In this document: positions 1 to 12,084 of the stretch, one piece after another | How positions within the stretch are numbered: the stretch's first letter is position 1 | Layout: every line of letters begins with the position of its first letter | Source: Candidatus Eiseniibacteriota bacterium | GTDB lineage: Bacteria; Eisenbacteria; RBG-16-71-46 | Reading direction: 5' to 3' | DNA: 64,000 nucleotides | Assembly: GCA_963776245.1 (NCBI GenBank) | Contig: CAVZLN010000008.1 | Location: forward strand, 364,721 to 428,720 | The notes under the pieces: generated by a model | What the model saw: only the letters and a program-made list of their open reading frames with translations | Told to the model about the DNA's origin: nothing | Databases searched by the model: none | Program-made: the position numbers and the translations under genes

Positions 1-698
1 TCCCCGACGGGGGCGCGATCCGCGTCGGCTGCGTGTCCGCCGGCCCGCTGGTGCGTGTCTGGGTGGAGGACGACGGCATCGGCATGCCGGCCGAGGTGCG
101 AGTGCGGATCTTCGATCCGTTCTTCTCCACCAAGGGCGAACGGGGCACCGGGCTCGGGCTCTCGGTGGTCTTCGGCATCGTCCAGCGCCACGGCGGGACG
201 CTCGACGTGCAGAGCCAGCCCGGGGAGGGGACCCGCTTCGAGATGACCTTCCCGCGGGTCGCCCAAGCCGAGGGGACCCCCGAGATCGCCTCCCTGCCGC
301 AGGCTCCGGCGGCCGGGCTCGATGTCCTGATCGTGGACGACGAGCCGGCGGTCCGCGGGCTGCTGAGCGAGATCCTCGCCCTGCTCGGTCACCGCGTGGT
401 CGAGCGGGCCTCGGCGGAATCGGCGCTCGAGTTCTTCGAGGGCCGGCGCTTCGACCTGGTGCTGACCGACCTCGGCCTGCCGGGGATGAGCGGCTGGGAC
501 CTGGCGCGCCGGCTGCGGGCCGCGGACCCGCGCGTGACGATCGGATTCGTCACCGGATGGGGCGAGGACGTCTCCCAGGAGAAGGTCGAGGAGGCCGGAG
601 GGAACGGCTTCATCGGCAAGCCCTTCAGCATCGAGGACGTGGAGAGCCTGACGCGGATGGCCTCCCAGCGCAGCGGGGAGGATCGCGCCGCGGCGTGA
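1..698 (+). CDS. Hybrid sensor histidine kinase, C-terminal part (HATPase_c + receiver); 5' end outside window
   Basis: DDGIGM (G1), FDPFFSTK (F), GTGLGLS (G2), then receiver motifs LIVDDE, TDLGLPGMSG, KPF; frame open from window start. Confidence 0.9.
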   Translation, partial: PDGGAIRVGCVSAGPLVRVWVEDDGIGMPAEVRVRIFDPFFSTKGERGTGLGLSVVFGIVQRHGGTLDVQSQPGEGTRFEMTFPRVAQAEGTPEIASLPQAPAAGLDVLIVDDEPAVRGLLSEILALLGHRVVERASAESALEFFEGRRFDLVLTDLGLPGMSGWDLARRLRAADPRVTIGFVTGWGEDVSQEKVEEAGGNGFIGKPFSIEDVESLTRMASQRSGEDRAAA

Positions 699-708
699 GG
701 GGGCGCCT

Positions 709-1415
<707 letters not shown>

Positions 1416-1419
<4 letters not shown>

Positions 1420-2209
1420 GCCCGGCCCTCCCCGGCGGCGTGCGAGGGTTCGCCGAGGTAGGCCTCGATGACCCTCGGGTCGGTGCGGATCTGCGCCGGC
1501 GTGCCTTCCGCGATCTGGATCCCGTAGTCGAGCACGGCGATGCGGCGGCAGATGCCCATGACCACGCGCATGTCGTGCTCGATGAGCAGGATGGTGACCT
1601 CGAAGCGCGCCTGGATGTCGCCGATCAGGCGCATCAGCGAGCCGCTCTCCTGCGGATTCAGCCCCGCCGCGGGCTCGTCGAGCAGCAGCAGCCGGGGCCG
1701 GCCCGCGAGCGCGCGCGCGATCTCGAGACGGCGCTGCTGGCCGTAGGGCAGTTCGGCCGCGAGGGTGTCGCGCCATCCGGTGAGGCCGAGCAGTTCGAGC
1801 AGCGCGTCGGCGTCCCGGGTCATCGCGGCCTCTTCGCGCTCGAACGCCGGGGTGCGGGCGAGGGCGGCCGCCAGCCCGGTGCGCGAGTGGTGGTGCGCGG
1901 CGATGAGCACGTTGTCGAGGCAGCTGCGCGAGGCGAACAGGCGGATGTTCTGGAAGGTGCGGGTGATGCCGCGGCCGGCGATGACGTGCGGGCGCAGGCC
2001 CTGGATCGGGCGTCCCTCGAACAGCACCCGCCCGTGGGTGGGCGCGTACACCCCGGTGATCACGTTGAACACCGTGGTCTTGCCCGCGCCGTTGGGGCCG
2101 ATCAGTCCCACCAGCTCGCCGCGTCCGATCTGGAGCGTCAGGTCGCTGCAGGCCTTGAGCCCGCCGAACTTCATGGTGACGTGGTCCAGCTCGAGCAGCA
2201 CGTCGTGAT

Positions 2210-2213
<4 letters not shown>
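1416..2213 (-). CDS. livG: Branched-chain amino acid ABC transporter ATP-binding protein
   Basis: GPNGAGKTT, RTFQNIRLF, LPYGQQRRLEIARAL, EHDM, VIEAYLG; start MNHDVLL. Confidence 0.93.
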
Positions 2214-3274
<1,061 letters not shown>

Positions 3275-3278
3275 CGGC

Positions 3279-4181
3279 TCACACCTTCTCCGCGACGCTG
3301 CGCCCGAGGATGCCGGCGGGGCGCACCAGCAGGATGACGATGAGGAGCACGAAGGCGATGGCGTCGCGGTAGGTCGGCGACACGTAGCCCACCACCAGCA
3401 CCTCGGCCACCCCCATCACCAGCCCGCCCAGCACCGCGCCGGGGAAGTTCCCGATCCCGCCCAGCACGGCGGCGACGAACGCCTTGAGGCCCGGCATGAT
3501 GCCCATGTACGGCTCGATCTTCGGGTTCTGGAGGGCGACCAGCACGCCGGCGGCGGCCGCCAGCATCGAGCCGATGAAGAACGTGAAGGTGATGATGCGG
3601 TCCACCGAGATGCCCATCAGCGCGGCCGCGGTCGGGTTCATGGACACCGCCTGCATCGCCTTGCCCACGCGCGTGTGCTGCACCACGGTTCGCAGCGCCA
3701 CCATCAGGACCACCGACACCACGATGATGATGAGCTGCTGGTTGGACACCGTGACCCCGCCGCCGAGCGAGAGGTTCGAGGCGCGGATGAGCTGCGGGAA
3801 GAACTTCGGGTCGGCGCCGAACACCATGCGCCCGCCGTTCTCGAGCAGCAGCGACACGCCGATGGCGGTGATGAGCGCCGCGAGCCGCGAGGAGCGGCGC
3901 ACCGGCTTGTACGCGAAGCGCTCGATGATCACGCCGACGATGCCGCAGCCGAGCATCGCCACCAGCAGCACCACCAGCGCGCGGGCGAGGCTCGGGTCGC
4001 TCGCGGCGCCGATCCAGCGCGCCGAGTACCAGCCGATGAACGCCCCGAGCATATAGATGTCGCCGTGGGCGAAGTTGATGAGCCGGAGGATGCCGTACAC
4101 CATGGTGTAGCCCAGTGCGATCAGGGCGTACACGCTTCCCCACGTGATGCCGTTCACCAGCTGCTGGAGGAACTCCGACAC
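3279..4181 (-). CDS. livH: Branched-chain amino acid ABC transporter permease
   Basis: YALIALGYTMVYGILRLINFAHG, KAFVAAVLGGIG. Confidence 0.94.
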   Translation of the reverse strand: MSEFLQQLVNGITWGSVYALIALGYTMVYGILRLINFAHGDIYMLGAFIGWYSARWIGAASDPSLARALVVLLVAMLGCGIVGVIIERFAYKPVRRSSRLAALITAIGVSLLLENGGRMVFGADPKFFPQLIRASNLSLGGGVTVSNQQLIIIVVSVVLMVALRTVVQHTRVGKAMQAVSMNPTAAALMGISVDRIITFTFFIGSMLAAAAGVLVALQNPKIEPYMGIMPGLKAFVAAVLGGIGNFPGAVLGGLVMGVAEVLVVGYVSPTYRDAIAFVLLIVILLVRPAGILGRSVAEKV

Positions 4182-4188
4182 GCGCGGG

Positions 4189-5397
4189 TCAGGGGTTGAC
4201 GGTGGTGGCGTACTTCTTCTTCCCCTCCACGATCGCGATCACCACGGCCGGCTTGGTCGCGTTGCGCTTGTCGTCGAGGGTGATGTTCCCGGTCACGCCG
4301 GGGAAGTTGCGCGTCGCGGCGATCAGGTCGCGCAGCCGCTTCTGCGCCTCCTTGCGCTGGGGCGTCCCCGCCTTGCTCGAGCCCAGACCCTTGAACAGAG
4401 CGGGCTGCTCCTCGGCCAGCTTCCCGATCGCGCCGAACAGCACGCGCCCCGCGTCGTAGGCCAGCCCGGCGATGGCGTCGGGCTCGGCGCCGAAGCGGGC
4501 CTGGTACGCCTTGAGGAAGGACTGCAGCGTGGGGTCCGGGTTGTCCGCGGCGTAGTGGTTCGAGTAGTAGCACCCGTTCATCGCCTCGCCGCCGATCGAG
4601 ATGAGCTGCTCGCTCTCCCAGCCGTCGCCGCCCAGCAGCGGGACGGAGAGGCCGAGCTCGCGGGCCTGGCGCGCGATGAGACCCACGTCGGTGTAGTACC
4701 CGGGCACGAAGATGGCCTGCGGCGCCTTGCCCTTGATGGCGGTGAGCTGGGCGCGGAAGTCCTGATCGCCCGCGCTGTAGGACTGCTCGATCGGCACGCT
4801 GCCGCCGCGCTGCTGGAAGGCGGCGGTGAAGAACTCGGCCAGCCCCACGCTGTAGTCGTTGCGCACGTCCTTGAGGATCGCGACCCGGGTGAGCTTGAGG
4901 TTCTCGGCCGCGAACTTGGCCATCACGGTGCCCTGGAACGGGTCGATGAAGCACATGCGGAAGATGAAGTCGCCCTTCTCGGTCACCGCCGGATTGGTGG
5001 ACGACGGCGAGATCATCGGCACGCCCGCCTGCTGGCAGATGGGGGCCGCGGCGATGCTGCGCGACGAGGCCACCTCGCCGACCACGGCGAGCACGCGGTC
5101 CTGGTTCACCAGCTTCTGCACCACGGTCGCCGCTTCCTCGGGGCGCCCCTGGTCGTCCTCCACCACCAGCCGGACCGGCAGCCCGGCGATCTTCCCCTCG
5201 TGCTGAGCCTGGAGCTCGGTGAGCGCCAGTTCCATGCCGTTCTTGGTGGACTGCCCGAAGGTGGCGTCGTTGCCGGTGAGGGAGCCGTACACGCCGACGA
5301 CGAGCTCGTCGGACTTCGAGCCGCCGCACCCGGCGACGGCGAGCGCCAGGGCGAGCAGTCCCGCTCCGGCGAGGATCCGCACGATGCGACTGGTCAT
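4189..5397 (-). CDS. livK: Branched-chain amino acid ABC transporter substrate-binding lipoprotein (LivK/LivJ family)
   Basis: Lipobox VAGC, EDDQG, SPSSTNP, FRMCFIDPFQG, GGDGW; GGAGG RBS before MTSRIV. Confidence 0.88.
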   Translation of the reverse strand: MTSRIVRILAGAGLLALALAVAGCGGSKSDELVVGVYGSLTGNDATFGQSTKNGMELALTELQAQHEGKIAGLPVRLVVEDDQGRPEEAATVVQKLVNQDRVLAVVGEVASSRSIAAAPICQQAGVPMISPSSTNPAVTEKGDFIFRMCFIDPFQGTVMAKFAAENLKLTRVAILKDVRNDYSVGLAEFFTAAFQQRGGSVPIEQSYSAGDQDFRAQLTAIKGKAPQAIFVPGYYTDVGLIARQARELGLSVPLLGGDGWESEQLISIGGEAMNGCYYSNHYAADNPDPTLQSFLKAYQARFGAEPDAIAGLAYDAGRVLFGAIGKLAEEQPALFKGLGSSKAGTPQRKEAQKRLRDLIAATRNFPGVTGNITLDDKRNATKPAVVIAIVEGKKKYATTVNP

Positions 5398-5651
5398 GGT
5401 CCGCCTCCTCAGGTGGTGGCAGCGCCGCGCACGGGGGTGAGCCGTGGGGGGCGGAAGGATGGATGGTCGGATGCGATGGATGGAGCCGCGAAGTGGTAGC
5501 ACGCGCGCGCGCGAAGCGGCAAGGCGAATGATTCCCCGGGCACTCCGGGCCCGGGCTCGAACGGGCGGACCCGCGCTCCGCGGAGATCGCTCGCGCGGAA
5601 GGGCGAGCGGGTCTTGTGGCCCGCGCGAGGGCGGTGCTAGGGTGCCCGACC

Positions 5652-8108
5652 ATGAACTCGAGCGCCCGCGCCCGGTCGCGCGGCAGTCTCCGCGGGCGTC
5701 TCCTCTCCGCCCTGGTGAGCGCCGGCGCGCTCGCCGCCCTCGCCGGCTGCGCGCACGTCCCGGCGGGTCCGCCCGCGGGCCCGCCGCGGCCCGCGCCCCC
5801 GGTCCCCGCGCGGCCCCATCCCGGCTACGACGCCCGCCGCGATTCGCTCGACGCGATCGACCTGGCCCCGCTGCGCGGGCGGCGCGTGGTGCTCGACCCG
5901 GGCCACGGCGGGCACTTCCCCGGTTCCATGGGCATGAACGGGCTGACCGAGGCCGCGGTGAATCTCGACGTGGCGCTCGCCCTCCGCCGGTTGCTCGTCG
6001 AGCGGGGCGCGTCGGTGCTCCTGACACGCGAGTCCGACCGCGACTTCCTCACCCCCGCCGACAGCTCATTGCGCGCCGACCTCGCCGACCGCATGGCGCG
6101 GGCCAACGCGTGGGCCCCCGACCTGTTCGTCTCCATCCATCACAACGCCGACGCGCGCGGCGCGCACGACGTGAACGAGATCCAGACCTACTACGCGCTC
6201 GCCGACGAAGGGCCCTCCCTGGACGCCGCGCGCGCCATGCACCGGGCGCTCACGCGCAACCTGTCGATCGCCGCGCACCGCATCGTGCCGGGCAACTACT
6301 TCGTGCTGCGCACCAGCGAGGCCCCGGCGATCCTCACCGAGTCGAGCTATCTGACCAACCCCGACGTCGAGGCACGGCTGGCGGACCCCGGGAAGCGCCG
6401 GCTCGAGGCCGAGGCGCTGTTCCTCGGGATCGCCGCGTACTTCGCGCGCGGGGCGCCGGAGATCGACACCCTGGAGGTGGCACTTTCCCCGCCGGGAACG
6501 CCCGCGACAGGGCCCCGGGGGTCCGGCCCGTGGGTCTCGGCGCGCGTCCGCGGCGCGTTCGACCGGGTCGAGATGAGCGTGGACGGCCGGGCGGTGCCGG
6601 CGGTGGTCTCCGGGCGCGCGATCCAGTGGCGCTCGACGCGACCCTTCGAGTCGGGCCCGCACGTCGCGGCGCTGCGCGTGGGGCTCGCGGGCTCCGGGTG
6701 GTCCAGGCTCCGGCGGGCCGCATTCACCGTCCCCATGAGCGTGGGCCGGCTGTCCGTGGAATTCCCCGAGCAGCCCGAGTGGGATGGCCGCCAGCCGCTC
6801 GGGCTGCGCGTGCGCGTGCTCGATCCGGAGGGGCTGCCGGTGCGCGACTCGCTCCGGCTGCGGATCCGCGACGATGGGACCCGTCTCGCGGCACCGGCCG
6901 ACACCGTGGTGGAGGTCCGCGACGGTGTCGCCTGGGCGTACTTCCGGCGCTCCGGTCGCCGGCCCGCGAGCGGCGCCCCCGAGGTGCGCGTCCGGGTGAG
7001 CCTGCGGCCGCGGAAGACGAGCGGCGATCCCGCCGCGCCGGCGCCCCCGCTCATGGGGGCGACCGCGCGGACGCTCCTGCGCGCGCGCGGCCTGGCCCCG
7101 CGGCCCGGCGCCGGGCCCCTTCCGCGCACCGGATTCGCGCGCGTCGCGCCCTTCGACTCCCTGCTGCGCGGCGCGCCCGGCACGCGCGAGCCCGAGCCCG
7201 CGGTGCGCTGGATCAACCGCGACGGCTTCGTGGCACTGCCGCGGGACACGCTCGGCCGCGCCGCCGTGCCCTCCCTGCGCGGCTACCGGGCGGTGGCGCC
7301 CGACACCACCTGGCCGCCGCGCTTCTCCGCCATCGCCGGCGGAGCGCTCATCGGGCGCCGCATCGCGCTCGATGCCGAAGGCGGTGGCGATGCCGACGCC
7401 GGGACCGGACCGAGCGGCGCGCGCGCCGCCGATCTGAACCTCGATGTGGCGCGCGCGCTGTCCGCGTTCCTCGACGCGGCGGGCGCCGAGGTGCTGCTGG
7501 TGCGCGAGGGGGACCACGCGCTCGCGGACATCGAGCGCGTGCGGGCCGCCGAGGCCTTCGGCGCGGAGCGCTACCTGCGCATCGGCCACCGCGCCGGCGT
7601 CCCGGTGCTCGGTCACTGGTTCGGCAGCGCCGCGGGCCGCGACTGGGCGCGGCGCACCGCCGAGTCGCTCGCGGCGCTCGGGCTGAGCGCCCCACCGGTC
7701 GCCGAGGAGGCCCAGTACACGCTCCAGCAGGTCGGCTGCCCGGCGCTGTACGTCTCGGTGGCGCGGGTGGACAGCGCGGCTGACGAGGAGCGCCTGCTGG
7801 CGCCCGGCGCGCGGCGCGCCGAGGCCTACGCGCTGTTCCTCGGGCTGGCCCGCGAGTTCCTGCCGCAGGCGTCGTTCCCCATCGACTCGCTCGAGGTGCG
7901 CGACCCCTCCGGCGCCCCGCTGTCCGGCGCGAGCGTGGTCCTGGGCGGCGCCCTCACCGTGCAGTGCGACCGCACCGGCCGGGTGCGGTTCGCGCGCACC
8001 GAGCCCGGGCCGCTCGAGGCCACGGTCATCGATCCGCGGCGGGAGGCCCGGTCCATTCTGCTAGACTCCGATCGGGGTGTCGTCCTGACCGGGCCGCCCG
8101 CGCGCTGA
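5652..8108 (+). CDS. N-acetylmuramoyl-L-alanine amidase lipoprotein with a second, degenerate Amidase_3-like domain
   Basis: Lipobox LAGC; LDPGHGG, TEAAVNL, SIHHNA, ILTE in the N-terminal domain; second copy RIALDAEGGG...LNLDVARAL. Confidence 0.85.
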   Translation: MNSSARARSRGSLRGRLLSALVSAGALAALAGCAHVPAGPPAGPPRPAPPVPARPHPGYDARRDSLDAIDLAPLRGRRVVLDPGHGGHFPGSMGMNGLTEAAVNLDVALALRRLLVERGASVLLTRESDRDFLTPADSSLRADLADRMARANAWAPDLFVSIHHNADARGAHDVNEIQTYYALADEGPSLDAARAMHRALTRNLSIAAHRIVPGNYFVLRTSEAPAILTESSYLTNPDVEARLADPGKRRLEAEALFLGIAAYFARGAPEIDTLEVALSPPGTPATGPRGSGPWVSARVRGAFDRVEMSVDGRAVPAVVSGRAIQWRSTRPFESGPHVAALRVGLAGSGWSRLRRAAFTVPMSVGRLSVEFPEQPEWDGRQPLGLRVRVLDPEGLPVRDSLRLRIRDDGTRLAAPADTVVEVRDGVAWAYFRRSGRRPASGAPEVRVRVSLRPRKTSGDPAAPAPPLMGATARTLLRARGLAPRPGAGPLPRTGFARVAPFDSLLRGAPGTREPEPAVRWINRDGFVALPRDTLGRAAVPSLRGYRAVAPDTTWPPRFSAIAGGALIGRRIALDAEGGGDADAGTGPSGARAADLNLDVARALSAFLDAAGAEVLLVREGDHALADIERVRAAEAFGAERYLRIGHRAGVPVLGHWFGSAAGRDWARRTAESLAALGLSAPPVAEEAQYTLQQVGCPALYVSVARVDSAADEERLLAPGARRAEAYALFLGLAREFLPQASFPIDSLEVRDPSGAPLSGASVVLGGALTVQCDRTGRVRFARTEPGPLEATVIDPRREARSILLDSDRGVVLTGPPAR

Positions 8109-8112
8109 GCGC

Positions 8113-8847
8113 GTGGCACGCGCTCCCCGGGGCCAGATGGACCACGGCACAGAGGGCTATTTCTCCGAACGCGACCGTTTCCGCCGCCGTCTCGCGGCGA
8201 CGGTGCTCGCCGTGAGCCTGCTGGTCGCACTGCCCTTCCTGTTGATCGGCCTGCTGCCCCGGGCCCAGCGGGAACGCGTCAAGGCGTTCCTCGACCGCGC
8301 GCCGGTGCACTTCGGCTTCGAGGGAGCGGAGAAGTACGTCGAGCGCATGAACCTCGACCTCCTCGAGACCAGCGAGCTCGGCATCCAGCACCCGCGCGCG
8401 GTCGCGCCCGTCATCATCCCCGAGGCGCACCGCGGCGGCGGCGAGCCGGCCACCGCGCGTCCCGACGCGAAGGAATTCAAGCAGGTGGTGCGCGAGCTGC
8501 CGGCCGGCGAGGGCTCGTCCGAGGCGGACATCATGGCGCGCGCGCTGCGCCGCGCGGGCAGCACGCCGGTGTTCCGATCCGAGCAGTTGGTGATCGAGAC
8601 CCTGGTGAAGCCCGAGTATCCGGAGGAGGCGAAGGCGCTGGGGATCGAGGGCCTGGTCGCGGTCATGGCGCTGATCGACACGCTCGGCCAGGTGGCCCGC
8701 GTGGAACTCGTGACCGGCAAGGCGGGCGGCGTCCTCGAGCGCGCCGCCGAGGAGGCCGTCCGCCGGGCGCGCTTCCGCCCCTACCGGCCCGCCGGCACGA
8801 CCCTCGAGGTGTACGCGGTGTTCCGGTTCTCGTTCCGCCTCTACTGA
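8113..8847 (+). CDS. Energy transducer TonB family protein (start may be ATG 8137)
   Basis: N-terminal TM; TonB_C-like KPEYPEEAKALGIEGLV...ARFRP...FSFRL. Confidence 0.82.
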   Translation: MARAPRGQMDHGTEGYFSERDRFRRRLAATVLAVSLLVALPFLLIGLLPRAQRERVKAFLDRAPVHFGFEGAEKYVERMNLDLLETSELGIQHPRAVAPVIIPEAHRGGGEPATARPDAKEFKQVVRELPAGEGSSEADIMARALRRAGSTPVFRSEQLVIETLVKPEYPEEAKALGIEGLVAVMALIDTLGQVARVELVTGKAGGVLERAAEEAVRRARFRPYRPAGTTLEVYAVFRFSFRLY

Positions 8848-10271
8848 ACCGGGACCGCGCGGCCGCGCTGGATCACCGAGACCGGGAGCGTGAGTCCGAG
8901 CCGCGTGCCATCGAGGAAGCGCCGGGCCGCGCCCGCGGCCTCGGTCGTCACCCGTGACGCCAGCGCCGTGGCGATCTCGGCCGGCGAGAGCGCGCCGCCC
9001 GCGACCGCGTCGGCCAGCAGCGTCCCCGCGATCCAGCCGCGCACCACGAGGCCGCGGTCCGGGTTCACGCCGCGCGCGAGCAGCACGCTGTCGAGCGCGG
9101 CCTGTTCGGCGGCCGGCAGCGTCCAGTCCTCGCCCACCAGCCGCACCCCCTCGAGCAGGCGGCGCGACTCCCCGTGGTAGCGGTCGGGCGAGAGCGCCTC
9201 GCCCCCGCACACGATGACCGAGCCGCGCTGGCGCACCAGCTCCTGGAACAGCGCGTCGCCCTCGCGCGGATCACCGTCCCACACCACCACCTCGACCCGG
9301 GCGGCGAGCATCGCCTTCACCGGCGCGCGGAGGTCGCGGCTGCCGTCGGGATAGCGCTCGCTCCACGCCACCGTCGCGCCGAGCGCCTGCGCCGCCGCGA
9401 GGAAACCGGGCGCCAGCGTGGCGCCTTCGCGGGCGGTCGAGACCAGCGCCCCGACGCGCTTCGGCCCGGCGCTCAGCAGCGAACGCGCGAGCGCCGCGCC
9501 GCGCTCTCCGCCCGAGGGTCCGATCTGGAGCACGCCCGGTCCCGTCTCCCCCAGCGCCTCGTCGGTCGCCGTGGGGGAGATCACCGGCAGGCCGGTGAGT
9601 CGCGCGGCGCTCACCAGCGCCAGCGTGGGCACGCTGAGCAACTCGCCGACCACCGCGCCACACCAGGCGTTGGCGGTGTCGAGCGCCGCCACCAGGCGCG
9701 CCGGGGCGCCGGCCGCGGTGGCGAGCACGACCGGCTCGACCGGACGGTCCGTGGAGCCGGCGCGCAGCGCCAGCGCGGCTTCGAAACCGGCGCGCACCGC
9801 GCCGCCGTAGGCCGCGTAGTCGCCCGAGTCCGGCAGCAGCACGGCGGCCCGGAAAGGCGAGGCGTAGGGCCGCACGCCGAGACCGGCGAGATGCTCCGTG
9901 AGCTCGCCCGCGATCTTCTTCGCGCGCTTCGGATCGGCGATCGCGAGGCGCACCCGCAGGCGCAGGCGCAGGTCGGCGCGGTTCGCGGTCGCGCGGCCGA
10001 GCGCGGCGGAGAGCAGCGGCGCCTCGGCGGCGCCGAGCTCCTCCGGCGCGCGCCGCAGCACGTAGACCAGGTCCGCGAGCCCCGCGCTCCTCGCCCACGC
10101 CGTCAGCGCGCGGTCGCGCGCCGGCCCGGGCGCCTGCGCCGCGAGCGCGTCCGCGGCGCGCACGTCGCCGGGCACCTCCCCGGCGGCGCGCGCCGCGCCG
10201 GGGGCGGCGCCCGCGCACGCGAGCGCCAGCGCGGCCAGCAGGGACGGGACGAGACGCGGGGGGCGGGTCAT
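8841..10271 (-). CDS. Exported type I periplasmic-binding-fold protein (LppC/LpoA C-terminal-like)
   Basis: Signal peptide; AVLLPDSGDYAAYGGAVRAG, VVGELLS, ISPTATD. Confidence 0.65.
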   Translation of the reverse strand: MTRPPRLVPSLLAALALACAGAAPGAARAAGEVPGDVRAADALAAQAPGPARDRALTAWARSAGLADLVYVLRRAPEELGAAEAPLLSAALGRATANRADLRLRLRVRLAIADPKRAKKIAGELTEHLAGLGVRPYASPFRAAVLLPDSGDYAAYGGAVRAGFEAALALRAGSTDRPVEPVVLATAAGAPARLVAALDTANAWCGAVVGELLSVPTLALVSAARLTGLPVISPTATDEALGETGPGVLQIGPSGGERGAALARSLLSAGPKRVGALVSTAREGATLAPGFLAAAQALGATVAWSERYPDGSRDLRAPVKAMLAARVEVVVWDGDPREGDALFQELVRQRGSVIVCGGEALSPDRYHGESRRLLEGVRLVGEDWTLPAAEQAALDSVLLARGVNPDRGLVVRGWIAGTLLADAVAGGALSPAEIATALASRVTTEAAGAARRFLDGTRLGLTLPVSVIQRGRAVPVQ

Positions 10272-10273
10272 CG

Positions 10274-10792
10274 TCAGAGGTTGAACTTCCCGAAGTCCTC
10301 GGGATTCAGGCGCTCGATGAAGCGCCGCAGATCCTCGGCCTTCTCCTCGCCCGTCTTCTCCTGCGGCGCGTCCGCCGGCTCGGACTCCGCGGCCTCGGCC
10401 GGCGGAGGCTGGAGCAGCTCCTCGTTGACGAAGATCGGTGCCGCGGCCCGCAGCGCGACGGCGATCGAGTCCGAGGGGCGGGCGTCGATCGACAGGTGCT
10501 CGCTCTCGCGCTCGATGAAGACGTTCGCGAAGAAGGTGTTCTCCCGCAGGTCGGCGATCACCACGCGCGTCACCCGCGCGTGCAGGCCCTCGACCACGAG
10601 CTGGATGAGGTCGTGGGTGAGCGGTCGCGGGAACGGCTCGTCGCTCACCAGCCGGCGGATGGCCGCGGCCTCGCCGGGCCCGATCCAGATGGGCAGCATG
10701 CGCGTGCCGTCCAGCTCGCGCAGCACGACGATGTTCTGCTGGGTCTTGGGCTCGAGGATGAGCCCGTGGACCCGGACCTCGACGAGGTTCAC
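10274..10792 (-). CDS. Bifunctional nuclease family protein (DUF151)
   Basis: LPIWIGPGEA, PRPLTHDL, IDARPSDSIAVAL, ERLNPEDF. Confidence 0.92.
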   Translation of the reverse strand: MNLVEVRVHGLILEPKTQQNIVVLRELDGTRMLPIWIGPGEAAAIRRLVSDEPFPRPLTHDLIQLVVEGLHARVTRVVIADLRENTFFANVFIERESEHLSIDARPSDSIAVALRAAAPIFVNEELLQPPPAEAAESEPADAPQEKTGEEKAEDLRRFIERLNPEDFGKFNL

Positions 10793-12084
10793 GGCTTCTT
10801 CTCGACCCCCTTGCCCGCGGCGTGCGACCCGCCCGCCCGGGTGGTGTCGGCGGCCGGCATGGGGCGCACGCCGTCCGCGTCGAGCTGGAGCATCGGGGGG
10901 GCATCGTCGGAGCGCATGTGCTCGAGCATCCACTTCGCCGAGGCGGCCAGCTCCGACTTCGGATAGCGCGCCAGCAGCGCGCGGAACGCGCGGTCGGCCT
11001 CGTCGTAGTTCTTGAGCTCCTCCGAATGGATGAAGCCGATCATGAACTGCGACTGCGGGGCGACCTCGGCGTCGGGGTACTGGTCGAGCAGCTGCTGGTA
11101 GAGCACGATGCGGTCGGGGGCGGGACCGGTCTCCTGCGCCTCCTTGAACAGCTCGCGCGCCGTCTTCCGGGCCGACATGAACTCCCGGATCGCGGCGGAG
11201 TCCGGGGTCACGCCCAGGTCCCGGCGCGCCTGGTCGAGCAGGCGCCGGTAGAACTCCTGCGAGCTCTGGCCCGCCAGCTGACGCTGGATGAGCGGACGCA
11301 CCTGATCGAACGCGCGCACGCTCTCCTCCTTGCGCGCGTCCAGCTTGAGCAGGTGCCAGCCGCGCGCGGTGTGGATCGGCCCGCTCACCGCGCCTTCGCG
11401 CATCGCGAACGCCGACTCCGCCAGCGCGGGCTGCGAGCCCAGCGGGCCGAACATCCCGTCGCGCGTCACGGTGCCGACCAGTCCGCCGCTCGCGCGCGTC
11501 AGCGTGTCGGCGCTGGACTTCCGGGCGATCGCCGCGAAGTCCGCGCCCCTGGCCCGCGCCTGCGCGAGCAGGCGCTTCGCGTCGGCCTCGGTCTTCGCGA
11601 GCAGGTGCCGCACGGTCACGGTGCCGGGCACCCGGTACTCGCTCAGGTGCGTGTCGTAGTACCCCCGCACCTCGGAGTCGGACGGGGCGGGATTGGCCGC
11701 CATCGCCTCCGACAGGTAGGTGCGGATGAGCAGGTCGCGACGCTGCTGCTCGAGCTGCTGCTGCACCGCCGGCCGACCCGGCACTCCGGCCCGCGCCGCC
11801 ATCATCAGCCACACCCGCTCCTCCAGCAGCCGTTCGAGCAGCTGCTGGCGGCCCTCGGGCGCGGCGTACTGCGCCCGCATCGACTCGGGGATCTCCCCGA
11901 GCCGCTGCTGCACCGTCGCGCGCGTGATCGACTCGTCGCCGATGCGCACCAGCACGGCCGAGGTCTCGGCCGGGGCACCCCCCCGGGCGGCGCGCTTGGC
12001 GGCCGGTGCCCGCGCGGCCGCCACCGGCAGCGCGGCCAGCATCACCAGGCAGCCGCCGAACAGGAGGCCGCGCGCGCGCGTCAT
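10789..12084 (-). CDS. Exported parvulin-type peptidyl-prolyl isomerase with C-terminal TPR-like repeats
   Basis: Signal peptide; VRHLLAK, FAAIARKSS, SGPIHTARGWHLLKL; C-terminal YQQLLDQYP...ARYPKS. Confidence 0.82.
   Translation of the reverse strand: MTRARGLLFGGCLVMLAALPVAAARAPAAKRAARGGAPAETSAVLVRIGDESITRATVQQRLGEIPESMRAQYAAPEGRQQLLERLLEERVWLMMAARAGVPGRPAVQQQLEQQRRDLLIRTYLSEAMAANPAPSDSEVRGYYDTHLSEYRVPGTVTVRHLLAKTEADAKRLLAQARARGADFAAIARKSSADTLTRASGGLVGTVTRDGMFGPLGSQPALAESAFAMREGAVSGPIHTARGWHLLKLDARKEESVRAFDQVRPLIQRQLAGQSSQEFYRRLLDQARRDLGVTPDSAAIREFMSARKTARELFKEAQETGPAPDRIVLYQQLLDQYPDAEVAPQSQFMIGFIHSEELKNYDEADRAFRALLARYPKSELAASAKWMLEHMRSDDAPPMLQLDADGVRPMPAADTTRAGGSHAAGKGVEKKP

Noticed and set aside
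5457..5484. GGATG-like short repeats in the liv/amidase intergenic region
   Set aside because: Short and irregular; no function can be supported
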